Assembly (NCBI RefSeq): GCF_009834535.1
Contig: NC_045696.1
Coordinates: forward strand, 101,310,001-101,374,000
Length of the DNA stretch: 64,000 bases
Reading direction: 5' to 3'
From: Camelus ferus
Taxonomy: Eukaryota
Of this stretch, positions 35,356 through 49,130 are shown piece after piece. A program made the position numbers and the translations under genes. The notes under the pieces were generated by a model. That model made no database searches and was not told where the DNA came from. It saw only the letters and a list, made by a program, of their open reading frames with translations. Each line of letters opens with the position of its first letter. Positions within the stretch are counted from its first letter, which is position 1.

Positions 35356-37184
35356 TTTCAACTTCAAAGGGTTTCTTTTTATGTTGTATGCTAAATTTGT
35401 CTGAATGCTTCCCTCACAAAAACTTTAAAGTTTGGATTCCTTCTCCCTATTAGACGGTTAAATATGTGGCTCAGTGCAGAGGCAGATGAATGGCTGAATA
35501 CCTTGGCTCTATAATTTAACGTAACATCAGTCTAAAAGTCTATCCTTATGTGAAATCTTAAGTTTAACTGAATTCCTGTTTAAACATTAAGCCAGCTCTT
35601 GGTGATGCTGTGTGATGCCAAGCTTTTGTGCTGTGGTGTGTCAAGTAATACTCCTTGAGCTCTAAGGAGCTTATAACTCAAATTTATAATCACATTTGGA
35701 AGAATTTAGAAAACCTGAACGTTTCCAGCTTGTTCACAGGCAGATTATGTATTTTCTTTACTTTTGGCATCAATATAACCAAATCCATTTTAAGAGCACA
35801 TGGAGCCATGATTCCAATTTGGGATCCAAATAAATTATTTAAACAATGTCTAATAGTGTTAACATTATCAATGTACTTTTCTTTTTTAATTAAATTTAAA
35901 CTAGTAGATGCTTTCAAACACATACGCATCACATAACAAAATGAGGCATTATCACAATATTTAGGAGAGAATATGTAGCCTCCTGTTTCTCTCACAAAAG
36001 TTCTACCTTCCAAACTAGTTCAGCCGGAGTACAGTGTTGAAGTAAGATTTATGTCTTATAAACATTTTACTTTATTTTTTTAAAAGCAAATAATCAAAAT
36101 ATTCTATTATAATATTATAAAGTGCATCTCTTAAATGATCTCTTTCTAATAATTAAAACTAAGATTTGGATTCTGTGATGATAAACTTTTTGAGGTTTGG
36201 AAATATGTCTTTATAGACAATTTATTACATTGAAAGCTCTTTGATTTTTGCCCAAGGTTTCATAGAGGCACATGGGCCCATCATTCTCTTTAAAAAATAC
36301 AAAGGATTTATTGACAAAGACACTGCATTATTTATGTCCTTATTAGTAAAAACAATATGTGGATTTGGTAATTAGGAAAGAAAGTGCATAATGGTGTTAT
36401 CCCTTCATTCATTTATTCAGTAATTTTTACCCAATTGTGGAGACCTATTATGTCTCTTGCAACCATTAGATAGGTCATCTTTTTACCTTTCTATCTTGCA
36501 TTTCAATCATCAATCCAGTTTCTCAACAAGGCAGTCTCTATTTTCTAAATTACATCATTTTACTCTTAACAATGCAGTTTCCTAACTGCATCTTGTTCCT
36601 TACTTTTTTTTCTCTTTTTAGACAAATAAATGAGTTTACAACTATGAGGACTGCATTTCTCTTTCTTAAGAAACTATCATTTTCCTCTTGCTACTTTTTT
36701 TTTTGCAAATTATATGTCTCATTCCACATTTCTTACCTTGAAGCAATTTCCTTATGATTTGCTCTCTCCCTCATATGCATTCAAGCTTCAAGCAAACTAA
36801 ATCAGTGAAACAGTGTTTATGGAATTTTGCACATTAGTAAACAGTCTGTCTGCTCAAATTATATGCCACTCATTTCTTCCACTCTGGTCTGCTTTGTCCT
36901 CAACTTCACAAAGAAGCTTCACATTGTTCATTTAAAAACCTAGTCATTTATCCCTTAATTTTGCTCAACAAAACATTCTGTAGCTGTGAGAGTGAAGAAA
37001 TCTAAAAGTACTTATTCTTTTATTCTAAGACAAAAGATAGAGTGAAAAAGTTTACTTCCATTTTTCTTTTACTTTGTAGTTTTTACTTATGTACCAGAGT
37101 TTTCATCCCCATACTTCAAGAATAGAAAAAGCATAGAATTTGGAGTCACTGAACAGAGAATTGGTTTGGAATTTCTATTTTGCC

Positions 37185-37625
37185 AGTAATTGGATGAATC
37201 GTGTCTCACACACACACACACACACACACACAAAAGATATACTGAAATCCTATCCCCCAGTAGCTCAGAATATGACCCTATTTGGAAAAATGATAGTCTC
37301 ATATATAATAAGTTAAGATGAGCTCATATCTGAGTAGGGTGGACTCCTAATTCCATATGATTAGCATCCATATAATAGGATGACCATGTGAAGACAGAGG
37401 TAGATGTTGGAATGATGTATCTGCAAGCCAAGAAAGACCAAGGATTGCCGGCTAGAACAGAGTCTTGGAATAGATTCTCCTTTAGAGCTCTTAGAGGAAA
37501 ACCAACTCTGCCAGTTGTTTAGTTTTCGACTTCCAGCTTCCAGATCTGTGAGAGAATATATTTCTATTGTTTTAAGTCACCCAGTTTGTGGTACTTTGCT
37601 ATATCAGCCCTAGAAACCAAATATA
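37185..37625 (+). mobile_element. MaLR solo LTR (MLT1B/C-like) inserted into a MIR; contains (CA)n at 37207-37231
   Basis: 'ccatgtgaagacagaggtaga...tgcaagccaagaaagaccaaggattgcc...gacttccagcttccagatctgtgagagaatatatttctattgttttaagtcacccagtttgtggtactttg'; MIR halves lie at ~37120-37183 and ~37626-37720. Confidence 0.85.
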
Positions 37626-37869
37626 CTGGGCAAGTTACTAATTTTATCTATTATTAAATTCTTCCATCTCTAAACTCAAGATGAAAAACCTATCTTCTCA
37701 TACTGGAATGTTATAATTATTAACAATACTCATTGCATGCTATATATATGCAATGCATACACACACATCAATATTTACTGTCAATGATAATCTAAAAAGT
37801 TGCCAAATATTTGATTTGAAGTAAAATATATAGATCAGAATTGTAAATTTGTTGCAGTATTACAATAAG

Positions 37870-38285
37870 AGTATTTCTTAGCTGTCATTTGATATTCAGA
37901 AGCAAAGATCCAGAGACACCCTTTGACTGTTTGGGGCTAAGGAATCCTGAGGGGAACAAATACATTATATCACCCTAAGGGAACCTGAGTTCCCTGAGAA
38001 GAAGAAGAAAAAACTATGGGAGAAGAACAGGCCCGTGCAGAAGTATGGAAATCTCACTTCCTTGCCCAAGTTGGGATACACTTGAATGTGTATTTCATGT
38101 TCTAGAACTAATCTGAAAGATTAAGCTGAGGCCGGGGCTGACTGAATTCATACCCATGCTAAGGTACTAGGTACTTCCTCTTCCCTATTCTACTTCTTCC
38201 ACAGCCTGACCACTTTACCCTGCAAACTTTTCTCTAATAAGACTGTACTTTCAGGATCTGCTTCAGGGGAATCTAGCCCAAGACA
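37870..38285 (+). mobile_element. Old ERVL LTR (LTR16/LTR33-like)
   Basis: 3' terminus 'tcaggatctgcttcaggggaatctagcccaagaca' with an upstream 'aataag' polyA-like signal; left boundary uncertain. Confidence 0.45.
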
Positions 38286-38429
38286 GTTATTTAGGTTGCA
38301 TTAAAAATACCACCCTTTTGCTATAGATCATAATCTTCTTAAACAGGAGTTCCAGCGATGTCTGAGCAGAAAGAGTGGTGTCTGGTTCCCCAGGCAGTAC
38401 CACACTCATTTCAATAAGAAAAACCCAAA

Positions 38430-38672
38430 AAGTGGCTGAGGGATCGGGCTCTCAAGTCAGATAGCTGAGTTCAATTTCAGTTTGTTGATTAATTAATGTT
38501 AAGACTTTGGACTAGTACCTTATTCCACCGAGGCTTTAGTTTCTTCATCTATTACAAGGAGATAGTAAGAATACTCACCCTCAGAGTTTACCTGAGGAGT
38601 AATAAGATCATCACAGAAAGAGTTTAACCCAGGGCTCAGCACATGGCAGTATCATATGTGATACTTGCTGAA
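38430..38672 (+). mobile_element. MIR SINE
   Basis: 'gtggctgagggatcgggctctcaagtcagatagctgagttcaattt...ttagtttcttcatctattacaaggagatagtaa'. Confidence 0.7.
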
Positions 38673-39819
38673 TCTTTTATAATCAGGTAACAGACATGCA
38701 TGTATGAATCTGAGACCAATCAAATTCTATGTGTTGAGATTTTGCGGGTTGTCTGTTTACAACAACAGTCCAGCATCTATAGATGGCTTTTAATTTTAAA
38801 GCTGTAAACTTATAACTTGGGAATGCTATCACTTATTCATCAGCACTTTATAGTTTTCAAAGTACAATCACATAATTTCCGCATTTTGTGATTTCCATCA
38901 TATTTCAAGTCTTTGAAGTAAGTGGTGTCTATTTATATATTAAATTGATCCACACAAAGCTAAATTATTATACATCATTTCAGAAAAAAAAAGTTTTACA
39001 TAAGTTCCAATGAACTGCTTTAACTTTCTCAAACTTATGAGGCCATTGTTATATCTGGTGACTCCAACTGTACAATGTTGTCAGTTGTTTACAAGTCAGA
39101 ATATTTCCAAACATATGAAATAGACCAAAATTGTATTTTGCCAAGATTGTTTTCTCTTGATTTTTAAACTATCCATATGTATTTATGCAGAAGGAAATTC
39201 TATCCATAGTAATGGATATTCAGGATACACTACATTTATGTTAATAGCATTTCATGTAAGTAACATTTGGTAGTGATAACCTTATGTTATACAGTTGAAA
39301 GATGTAACTAATTTAATAAACTCATTATGTCAGATGACCCAGACTAATATATAAATTAACAGGGGTAGTCTTACATGTAGATTTTAAAAAATCAATTGCA
39401 ATGGAACAGAATTGGAAAAATCTGATTTGGCAATATATCATATAGAAAAAAATTTCTTAGTACTTTAATAAATCCTAAAATTAATACCATCACTTGTGAT
39501 AAAATGGCAATGCAATCTCAAGTGACATTTAAGAAAATACAGTATCGTGACCATAAGGAGTTCTCTTAAACCCATTTCTAGAGAGAGCAATATATATAAT
39601 TTTTTAACTATTGAAATTTTATTACATTAGAAAACTGGTTTTATTATACAGACAACTGGCTTATCTAGAGCAGTTGCTTCAAATGAGGCTTGATTTAGGA
39701 GATCGTTGATGTCTCCAAGGATCCATTTTTTTTTCCTTCTCATCTTGGTGAGCTCTACACTGTGGGTCCTAGGGTTACATACTTCTGTGTTCATAGGGGA
39801 CCTTTGTATGAAAGCAAGA

Positions 39820-40075
39820 ACAGTGTGTGAGAAATAGTATAACTTGGCAGACTCTGGAGGTGTTAAAAACCTGATTCTACAACTTCTTAACAGTGTGACC
39901 ATAGACAAGTTATTTAATTTCCTTGTGCCTTGGTTTCCTGGTATATGAGTGGAGATAATAGTACCTAAACCGTAGGTACGATAAGATGATTAAATGTGTT
40001 AATATTTATGAGGCACTTAGAACAAATCTTAGAACATAAAAAGTAATATGTAAATGTTTGTTAAATAAAAATAAA
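39820..40075 (+). mobile_element. MIR SINE
   Basis: 'agtgtgaccatagacaagttatttaatttccttgtgccttggtttcc...ggagataatagtacc...gcacttagaac'. Confidence 0.8.
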
Positions 40076-42199
40076 TGTTCCCCAGACTCTAACCCACTAT
40101 CTAACACATAGTATGTACCAGATACATGGATGATAATTGAATTAAAAAGAAAGACTTAGCAAAATTAAACATAACCATAGAATGATGGCCGTGATCGCCA
40201 AGAGTGTAGAAACTGTGCCATATGCAGAAAGTTTGAATGAGGATATTCAAACTAAGCAAGATATCACCCATTGTATTCACAACAGCAAATCCCTTTCATA
40301 GGTAAGAAAGAGTAAATTTGTTCTGTTTCTCTAGAGGTCAGAACTAGGACCAGTGGACAGAAGATAATTGGGTAATTCTGGTAATCATGTTTATTTAATA
40401 GTGTGGAATAAGCTGATGTCAAGCAATTCTTGTCACTAGAAACCTTCAAGCAGAACATATTAGAATCACCGAAATGTGAAGTAGTTTAGAAAGAAGTGAC
40501 TAGAAAAATGTATTTAATCCCTATATAGCATTTTTGTATATATTTGGCTGTGTGGATTAAAACATAGAATAGTTTTACAAAGCCCTGCTTCTCCTATATC
40601 TCTGCCTAGACTTCTGAGTTTCATTCTGAGAGTGTCAATCTTGCTTCTGTATTACAAAAATTAATGAAAAAAATTGCTAGATATTGAGAATGACCAACAG
40701 ACCAATGAAAATGTTAATGCAGTGCAATTACAGGTGAGAAAGAATTAATGTGTTTTAAGAACAGTGGGAAGAAGGTCCTGGAAAATTGACTTATTTCAAT
40801 AACAAAAGTAAAGGATAGGAGAGAAGTTTTGGCAACATAACAATTACGGCAAACACATGGTGGTATGTTCAGGGTCTCAGGTGTTGTTGAAGTCTACATG
40901 GCCTATCTTTCCTCCCAGAGGAGTGAACTCCTGTACTTTTGGAGGGAAACTAGTAATGGAGTATGCAAAGTCAGCCTGGAGTAGAAAAGGAATGGACGCG
41001 CTGCTCTACAACTTATGAAATAAACTCCTTCATGAAATGCAATGAGTTATATGTATCTAGAGGCTCTATATTCTCCTTTGGGACCCAATTCTGCTCTCCA
41101 CGCTTTCACACTTCTCAGATACAACTGTCTGCAACACTTGCTTAGTTATGTCATACACATGCAAAATTCAGGTGCAGAAGATAGCTAAACCGTGAAGGCA
41201 ATGTAAACAAAACTTAACAGGTCTCTCCTCCTAGGACTACTCCCCACTGTCTGGAAAACTTGTGTATAGACTTATTTTTAACTTTACTTCCAAAAACTGT
41301 CATCACATATCTGTTATATACAAATCAATCCATTATTTCATCTTTCAAATTCAGGAAGGAAAGGGAGAACTCAGAAAACTAGCTTTGAATTTAACTCCCA
41401 AGTGAAAGCACCAAAAGGATAATTTTCATCTGTTCACATGTGTTGGTTTGCTCTCATTTTTGTGCACTTCCTTTTGGGAGATTGCTAATCATTGTAAATT
41501 ACCTGATGAAATTGCTTGCTATATTTAAATCTTGATTTTTTTATCTATAAATGTGCAGGTATTGAGCACATTTGAAAGCAGCTTAAAATGATGATGACTT
41601 GATCAACTAAAAACAATTTAGTGAGTAAAGAAATGCCACAAAACATCCCAAGTTGACATACTTCTTGGGTATAGTTAATATCCCTTTATATGTTATGGCT
41701 ATATGTGTCCAGAAAACTGGGGGGAAATGATTTAAGTATTATTTAATTAATCCAGAAAGATGGTTTAGAAAACAAAATCCAAAAATATTTTTGCCATAAT
41801 CCTATTTTGCAAGTGAAATCCAGATATTTGTTCAACTGTTTATGTACAACTATGATTGTTTTTCTTTAAAGAAAGTTGTTTTATTCAGAATGAATTTTCT
41901 ACTTAAAAGCACTATAGAAAGTTGACCCTCCTAATGCATATAATGGGTCTGAAAATAGCTTAGATAATGAAAGGAAAATTTATTAAGTAAATTTTACCTA
42001 CTAGGCAACTGGAGTTTGCAAATACCTTGTCCAAAACAGCATGACTACTCAGATTTATTCTTCAATCTCAAATACAGACAAGCTTCTCTCTAAAACTTTT
42101 ATTATAAACAAGTTGTTCAAAAATAAAAGCATATTTTCTTAGAAATTATGTTGAAAATCATCATCATCATGAAAAAACAAAAACTTGTCAGGTTTATTT

Positions 42200-44565
42200 T
42201 CAAGCAAAATATCTTCAAGAAACACAAAAAATCAATTGCATTTTTATGTGCTAACAATTATCATGCAGAAACCAAAATGAAACCCAATATAACTTATAAC
42301 AGCTCCAACGAAAATGAGATATTTAAGCGTACAGTTAATAACATATATACAGGTAATAACATGCTGAAAATTACAAAATGCTGATGCAAGAAATCAAAAA
42401 TTACCTAATGCCAAGTTCCTATATTAGAAGATTTAAAATGTCAATTGATCTATATACTTTTAACACAATTCCTATCAAAATTTCAGCAAGATTTATTTTG
42501 AAGATACAGATAAGATTTTCTGAAAGTTATATGGGAAGACAAAGGAACAGTTAAAGCTTTAAGTTAGAATAGCTAAACAATTTTGAGAAAGAAGAATAAA
42601 AGAGTAGTAATCAATTTATCTGATTTTAAGACTTACTATTACCTACAGAAATAAGGATTGTGTGAAAGGAGAGATAAATAGATCAATGAACAGAATAGAG
42701 AACATAGAAATAGGCCCACATGTATATGCTTAACTAATTTTTAACAAATATGCAAACGCAATTCAGCGGAAGAAACCTTTCCAACAAATGATGTTGGAAC
42801 ACTGGCTATCCTTAGGCAAAGAAAATGAACTTTAACTTGCCCATACCGTATACAAAGTTTGATTAAAAATAGACAATAGACTTAAATGTAAAATATGAAA
42901 CTATATAAAACTGTTAAAAGAAATTGTCAAGATCTAGAGCTAAGCAAAATGTTCCTAGACATTACTAAAAAAAAAATTCATATTAAGACAATTTGATAAA
43001 TTTGACTTCATCAAAATTAAAATGTTTGGTCTGTGAAAGACCCAGTTAAGAGGATGTAAAGACAAGCTACATACTAGGGGAAAATATTTACAAGCCACAT
43101 GTTATAGATGGAATGTTGTGTCCCCTCAAATATGCATGTTGAAGCCCCAACCCCCAGTATAGTTGTATTTGGAAATGGGGCCTCTAAGGAATTATTTAAG
43201 GTTAAATGAGGTCATAAAATTAGAACCCTCATTCAATAGGGTTAGTATCCTTATGAGAAGAGATACAAGAGAGTTCACTGTCTCTCACCATATGAGACAC
43301 AGGGAGAAGTTAGCAGTCTTCAGCCTAAGAGGAGAACTCTTATCAGACTCCCTGCTAGCACTTTGATCTTGGTACCTTGATCCTTTTAGCCTCCAGAACT
43401 ATGAGAAACAAATTACTGTTTAAGCCACCCACCCAGTCTATGGTATTTTGTTGTGGCAGTCTGAAATGCTACATCACAATAGGACAAAAGACTAGTATTG
43501 ATTATATGTAAAGATCTGTCAAAGCTCAACATAAAAGGACAAACTATCCAGTTAGAAAATGGGCAAAAGGCACTGTTCATTTCATATAACATACAAATGG
43601 CAAATAAGCACTTTAAAAAATGTTCCACATTTTTCGTCATTAGGGAAATATGTATTAAAACCACAATGAGATATCACTATACACCTCTCAGGACAGTTAA
43701 AATAAAAAATAATGACAACATCAAATGCTGATGACTATGTAAAAAAACTGGAACACTCACACACTATTGGTGGGAGTGTAAAACGGAACAGACACTTCAG
43801 AAAACATTTTGGCAGTTTCTCATAAACCTCAATATGCAAGTTATCCTATGACGCAGAAAGTTTATTTATTCCTGGGTATTTATCCAAAGAAATGAAAACT
43901 CATGTTAACACAAAAACTTGAACACGAATGTTCATAGCAGCTGTATTTTACATAGCCAAAAACTAGAATCAACCCAGATGTCCTTCAACAGATGGCAAAA
44001 TGCATACCATGAAATACTCTTCAGTAATTAAAAGGAATGGACTGTTGATACATGTAACCACTGGGACGAATTTCCATCCAATTATGCTGAGGGAAAACAG
44101 CTAATCCTCAAAAGTTACATGCTATTTAATTCCATTTATACAACATTTTGAAAGGGTACAACTTTAGAAGTTGAGGACAGAGACTAGTGCTTTCCAAGGT
44201 TTTAGAGAAGGGGACAAGCATGGGGGGGAGGTGGGTGTGGTTAGAAGATGACAAGAAGAGGGATCCTTGTAGGGATGGAACTGTTCTATATCTTGACTTT
44301 GGTGCTGGTGGGTACACAAACCCATAACGTGTGACAAAATTTTCTAAAACTAAACACACACATATGCAAATGACTACAAGTAAAACCAGAGACATCTGAA
44401 TAAGATCAGATTTTGTATCAACATCAATATCCTGACTCTGATATTATAGTATAGTTTTAGAAAATATTATCATTGGGGAAACTGGATAAAGTATACATAA
44501 GATCTCTTTGTATTATTTTTTATAACTGCATATCATATTTTCATAGAAAATCTAATTAAAAATAT
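42200..44565 (+). mobile_element. Ancient LINE-1 (L1MC-type): 3' half of ORF2 plus 3' UTR, interrupted by an MLT1A LTR
   Basis: 'cacaaaaaatcaattgcatttttatgtgctaacaat', 'agatcaatgaacagaatagagaac', 'attaaaaccacaatgagatatcactatacacc' (ORF 43498-43731 IREICIKTTMRYHYTP) and 3' UTR 'cattggggaaactggataaagtatacataagatctctttgtatta'. Confidence 0.9.
43100..43473 (+). mobile_element. MaLR solo LTR (MLT1A-like)
   Basis: TG...CA termini ('tgttatagatggaatgttgtgtcccctcaaa' ... 'gtctatggtattttgttgtggcagtctgaaatgctaca'); near-perfect 5-bp TSD ccaca (43095-43099) / tcaca (43474-43478). Confidence 0.9.
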
Positions 44566-45501
44566 CAGGGGAGAAGAAAATACTAAACCAGTGGAATGTC
44601 TTCCAATGATGGAGTAATTGTATTATTTGACATCTGTCCATACCATGGATCATTATGCTGCAATGAAAAAGAATGAGTTATTTTTTTCATCTGATTTAGA
44701 GAGATTTCATGATCCTTGCTAAGTATAAAAAAAAGTAATAGATATAAAAATTCAATATACAAAACAATTAATGACATGTGTGTTTATAAATATTTCTGAG
44801 ACACAATGAGGATAAAGCAGCATTCAGAATAATGCATCAGGTGATTGACAGTAGTTTCTTAGGGGTGAGGGAGAGAAGAGGAGAGCAAAAACCAAGTATT
44901 CAATGCTGCAACTCCAGGTACTCTCATTTCAGACAAGAATGCAAAAGCTACAAAGTGTGTATTAGCTGAGTTTGTCTCTTTTCCCCCCAGAAAAAATAAT
45001 AAGTTTTCCAGAAACTCACCCAGAATCTGAGTATCCTAGGCATTTCACTTCTCAGAACAGGGTTATTTGGCCATCCTTAGCTTGTGGAAAAGTATTTTTA
45101 GATGCACATAATACTGTTACATCCAAAATTAGGTTCATATTAGTTTTTAAAAATGAAATAAAAAGTAAGTAAACATCCAGCAATGTTTAGCAGTAAACAC
45201 ATATACCAAGCTAAATAATAAGTATTGTACGAGAAGCCTTAAATAGATGATCTGAGTTTAATGTGGCAAGGGTAAAAGATAATTACAAACTAATTTAATA
45301 TTTTAGGTGCTTCTAAAGGCATACAATATTCATAAAATAACTATGCAATCAGCCCCTCTCATTGTCTCCATTTATAAATTAATGGATATGATTTTCTCAT
45401 GATAATGGAATTTTTTGAGTTGTTGGCAGAAATCATGTTGATTCATGTTAGTTTACTTTGATTTGGGGAAAATATATGTAACTGATTATCTGTCCACAAA
45501 G

Positions 45502-45506
<5 letters not shown>

Positions 45507-45538
<32 letters not shown>

Positions 45539-45539
45539 T

Positions 45540-45570
<31 letters not shown>
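45507..45570. repeat. Compound (CT)n(CA)n microsatellite
   Basis: ctctctctct...ctcacatacacacacaca... Confidence 0.95.
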
Positions 45571-46089
45571 GTGTCTGAATAAAACATGTAAATTATTTAT
45601 TCAAATTTTAAAAATTAAAAAGAAGATACATAGCCAATATCCCTGTTCTCTAACATCATGTTTGTAGCACTTAAAAATATCTCCATTGGTGTATGTATTA
45701 CTAAATTCTGAGATGGGTAAAAACAGACTTACTGGAAAATTAGTGATCAAAATGCAAAACATCTTTGCTTTCATAGAATTTACATTATGGTGTAGGGAGA
45801 GAAAAAAATAAAATAAAATAAGCATAGACTAACTTAGCTATTAGGAGCGAGAATGAAGAAAGTTAGGAGGAATTGTAGTCATGCAAGCAGGAGATAACCA
45901 GTTTGCTCTAGAGTGGAAGCCATAGAGGTAGCAAGAAATGATGACAATCTGTATATATTTTAAAGGTAACAGGAAATAAAGTTCATGGGTCTTTCCGTGG
46001 GAAAAAAAATTTCAAAGATGACCACATTGACAGATGTTGTGGTGGAAGCCTACATGAAACTCAGAACAGTGTACTGATCAAAGTCCTCT

Positions 46090-46530
46090 CAAGACATTTC
46101 GGTCTACTCTGAAAGTTTAACAGAGACTTGAATGAAGAGAAGCTAGGGCAGGTTTAAGGAACTGATGAGGGATGTTGAGGTAACCAGAAACTAGCAACAC
46201 CAGCAAGCTGTCACCAGATCCAGGTCTGAGTATGGGGAAGAAATAGTGTTGGCAAACGAAGTAGAAGGGAGAGCAGAAGCCACAGAGGAGGGTCCCCATA
46301 CCCTTCCCCTGTTCCACTGGACCTGCCATTGGGGTGGCACGTGGCCACAGTGAGAGGTGCAGCGGAGGAAGGGAGAGGTCAAGGGAAGGACTGCCACAAA
46401 GTTTCTGTTCCTCCACCCTCTAATCTCCTGTGTACAGTCCCCAGCTGCCAAACACAGTGGGAAGTCAGTGAGTCAGGGAGCCTAGGTGAGCGACACAGAG
46501 AAGAGGAGGAATGGCAGATAATCAGTAAAG
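46090..46530 (-). mobile_element. Old MaLR LTR (MLT1H/I/J-like)
   Basis: 'tctaatctcctg...ctgccaaacacagtgggaagtcagtgagtcagggagcctaggtga' resembles old MLT1 LTRs; left boundary uncertain. Confidence 0.45.
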
Positions 46531-48892
46531 GGGGTGCAGTAGTCTTTATCTTGGGAGAAGAGTCACAGGATAAGGCATCACAAAGGTAGGAATATCGGTC
46601 ATTTCTTTAAAAAGGAGTAAATATTTAAAATATTTATAAGGTGGTAAGAAGTTAGAGGCAGAGGGAAGTCAAGAAAGTGGTCATGGTTAGCCAGCTCTAT
46701 CTGATTTGAAGAGAATGGATCACGTTCTCTCCCACTGACAGACTGCAGCATTTTATTTCATCAGAGCCTGGCCCAAGCATGGCTGACTTAGCATATTTTC
46801 TTCTTTCTAAAACTGTGTTAGTTTTTAATGTCATATAGCATTCATGAATACACTCTCAATTGAAAAGGTTCAAACATAGAAAAAGCTAAAGCCCTGGTTA
46901 ACCAAGCCCCAAATCCAAATCCTCCAGATATAACCAGTTATACAAGCATGAGAATGTATACTTTCAGCCCTGGGGCTATATATATCCAAATAAATATATT
47001 CTATGCAGAGTCCAAAATTATATCTGTATCTATATCTATGTATTTAACTAGCCACCAGCCCTGACTCCTCTCCTAACCCAAGACTTCTATGTCTCATTAA
47101 CTAGTAAACATCTTCACTTGGTATCTAATATAGCCCAACTTTCTGACCATCCTGGATTCCTTTGATTTCTTTCTTTCTTTTTATAACTCACTGAGAAAAG
47201 TGAGCAAAAAGTTCTTTAAAAGATTAACATTCATCAGAAGTGTTTTTCATTAAAGCCCTTTGATTTTTCTATTAAAGTCTGCATTAAGTATGCCCCATGC
47301 TGGCTTCTCCGTGCCCTGCTCATGAAGTCTCTGCATCCTTGCAGAGGTCCAAACAGAGACTGAGAGATTCCTCCAGCATCCTCCTGCCTTAAAGAGGTAG
47401 CAAAGAGGCCTACCTAAAGAAAGTTCTAACACTAGCAAGCATGGGGGAAAAAATTCTAAAAAAGCACTCCAGTATTTTCATTCCATATTCATGTTCTATT
47501 TTCTTATCAAAATTAAATAAATAATCTTATGAGGGTGAAGTAGCTTAGTTAGTGCAGAAGTAGACAGAACCTACAGGCACACCTTTGCTCATCTGTGCTG
47601 GAATGTTTCAAGAATGCCCAGAGGTGGTGCTCAAATATTCACCAATGTAAGTATTGTCCCATGGAAAATATAGAGAAACTCTCTCTTCCTGCCTCCACAA
47701 GTTTATTTAGGGGTTCCTGGCACAAGACTACTAGAGCAGAAAGGAACAAAATATTATCAGATCCAGGAGCAAAATATTATCAGAGTGAACCCTATGGTAT
47801 GTAAGAATTTAATGCATGATATGGTGCAATTTGTTTGTGTTCTGGGAAGTCTAAGACAATACACTGTATTTTGTATTGCTTTAAAACATTCAATTATAAG
47901 ATTGTTGACACATTTTAATGAGATAATACAAATAAACCACTTATTATTCTGAGTGGCATATGAATAGAGCATAGTTATTTCCATTAATAATTTGAAAATT
48001 AATTAATTCAGATAATTACCTTATATCTCATACTTCTTACCTAAAAATAAAATTCTAAGCATATAATTAATAATTATCTTTGTCCTTTTAAAACATTAGA
48101 TGTCCTCCTCAGCATAATAATGAACAAGCTTTGCCTCTTCTCAAAACTAATTAAGAGTCACATTACAAGGGTTCAGATTACACTTGAGCTTTATTTGAGG
48201 TGACATTGCATATCCTCAAAGTGAATTTTTAAATATGTAATATTAAAATGCCAGCAAATTAGAAGTAATGCCTAATTGCTATTGACTAACCTAGGAGATA
48301 TTCCTATTATTTCCAAAATTCATGCTGAAGATACAAAAATGCAAAGAGCCAAGAATTGCTTTAGTTAACTCAGAATCCCAACAGTTCTTATAGCTAGAAA
48401 AAGCACAAATTGTATTTTTAAACTGAAGTCAAGGGATAAGTGTTAAGACTTTTAAAAGAAACTGTGCAACAAGCCAAGCCATAAAAATGTGGGGATGGCA
48501 GCCTGCTGTAAATTTTTTTGGCAGTTATGTCTGTAATCCTAAATCCGAGTTACTGAAACCCTGTAATACAATAATAATAAAAGCAATGCAGCGTGAGCAC
48601 AAGGCCTGTCAGATTTACGATGAGCTGGTGTCTTCCGTGAAAGGAACACACCAAATCAAATTAGTGGAGGGGAGATTAATAGAATTTCATCAGTTTCTAG
48701 CATGGAGACTGTAAGCTGCTTCATAAATTTCCTGTGTTCTGAGAGGCAATGGCTTGAGCCCTTTTGAAACCAAGCACAAAAATGACCAGCACAAGTGGCC
48801 TTGGCTATTGTGAGGTAAGTTGTGCTATGGGGCCTTAATTGAACAAGGGTGGGGAGCAAGTTTTCAAACACAGCACTAGTGCCTTGCTTAGA

Positions 48893-49130
48893 GGTCAGTG
48901 TATCATGGTGGTTACGAACTTGGCCTCTAGGTCCAGACTGCTGGGGTTTGAATTCTGGCTCCACCACCTACTAACTCAATGACCTTGGGCTAGTTTCTTG
49001 GCAACTGTCTACCTCATTTCTAGAGTGGGTATAATAATAACACCAAGCTGATAGTTATTGTGAGAAGGATTCACATCGTACCTACATGCGAAGTGCTAGA
49101 ATTGGGTCACAGAAATTAGCTAATATTACT
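48893..49130 (+). mobile_element. MIR SINE
   Basis: 'catggtggttacgaacttggcctctaggtccagactgctggggtttgaattctggctccaccacctacta...gaccttgggctagtt'. Confidence 0.85.

Noticed and set aside
46117..46589. Three overlapping ORFs in a GC-richer patch as an exon or promoter
   Set aside because: The sequence resembles an old MLT1 LTR, CpG density is far below island level, and no protein is recognised.
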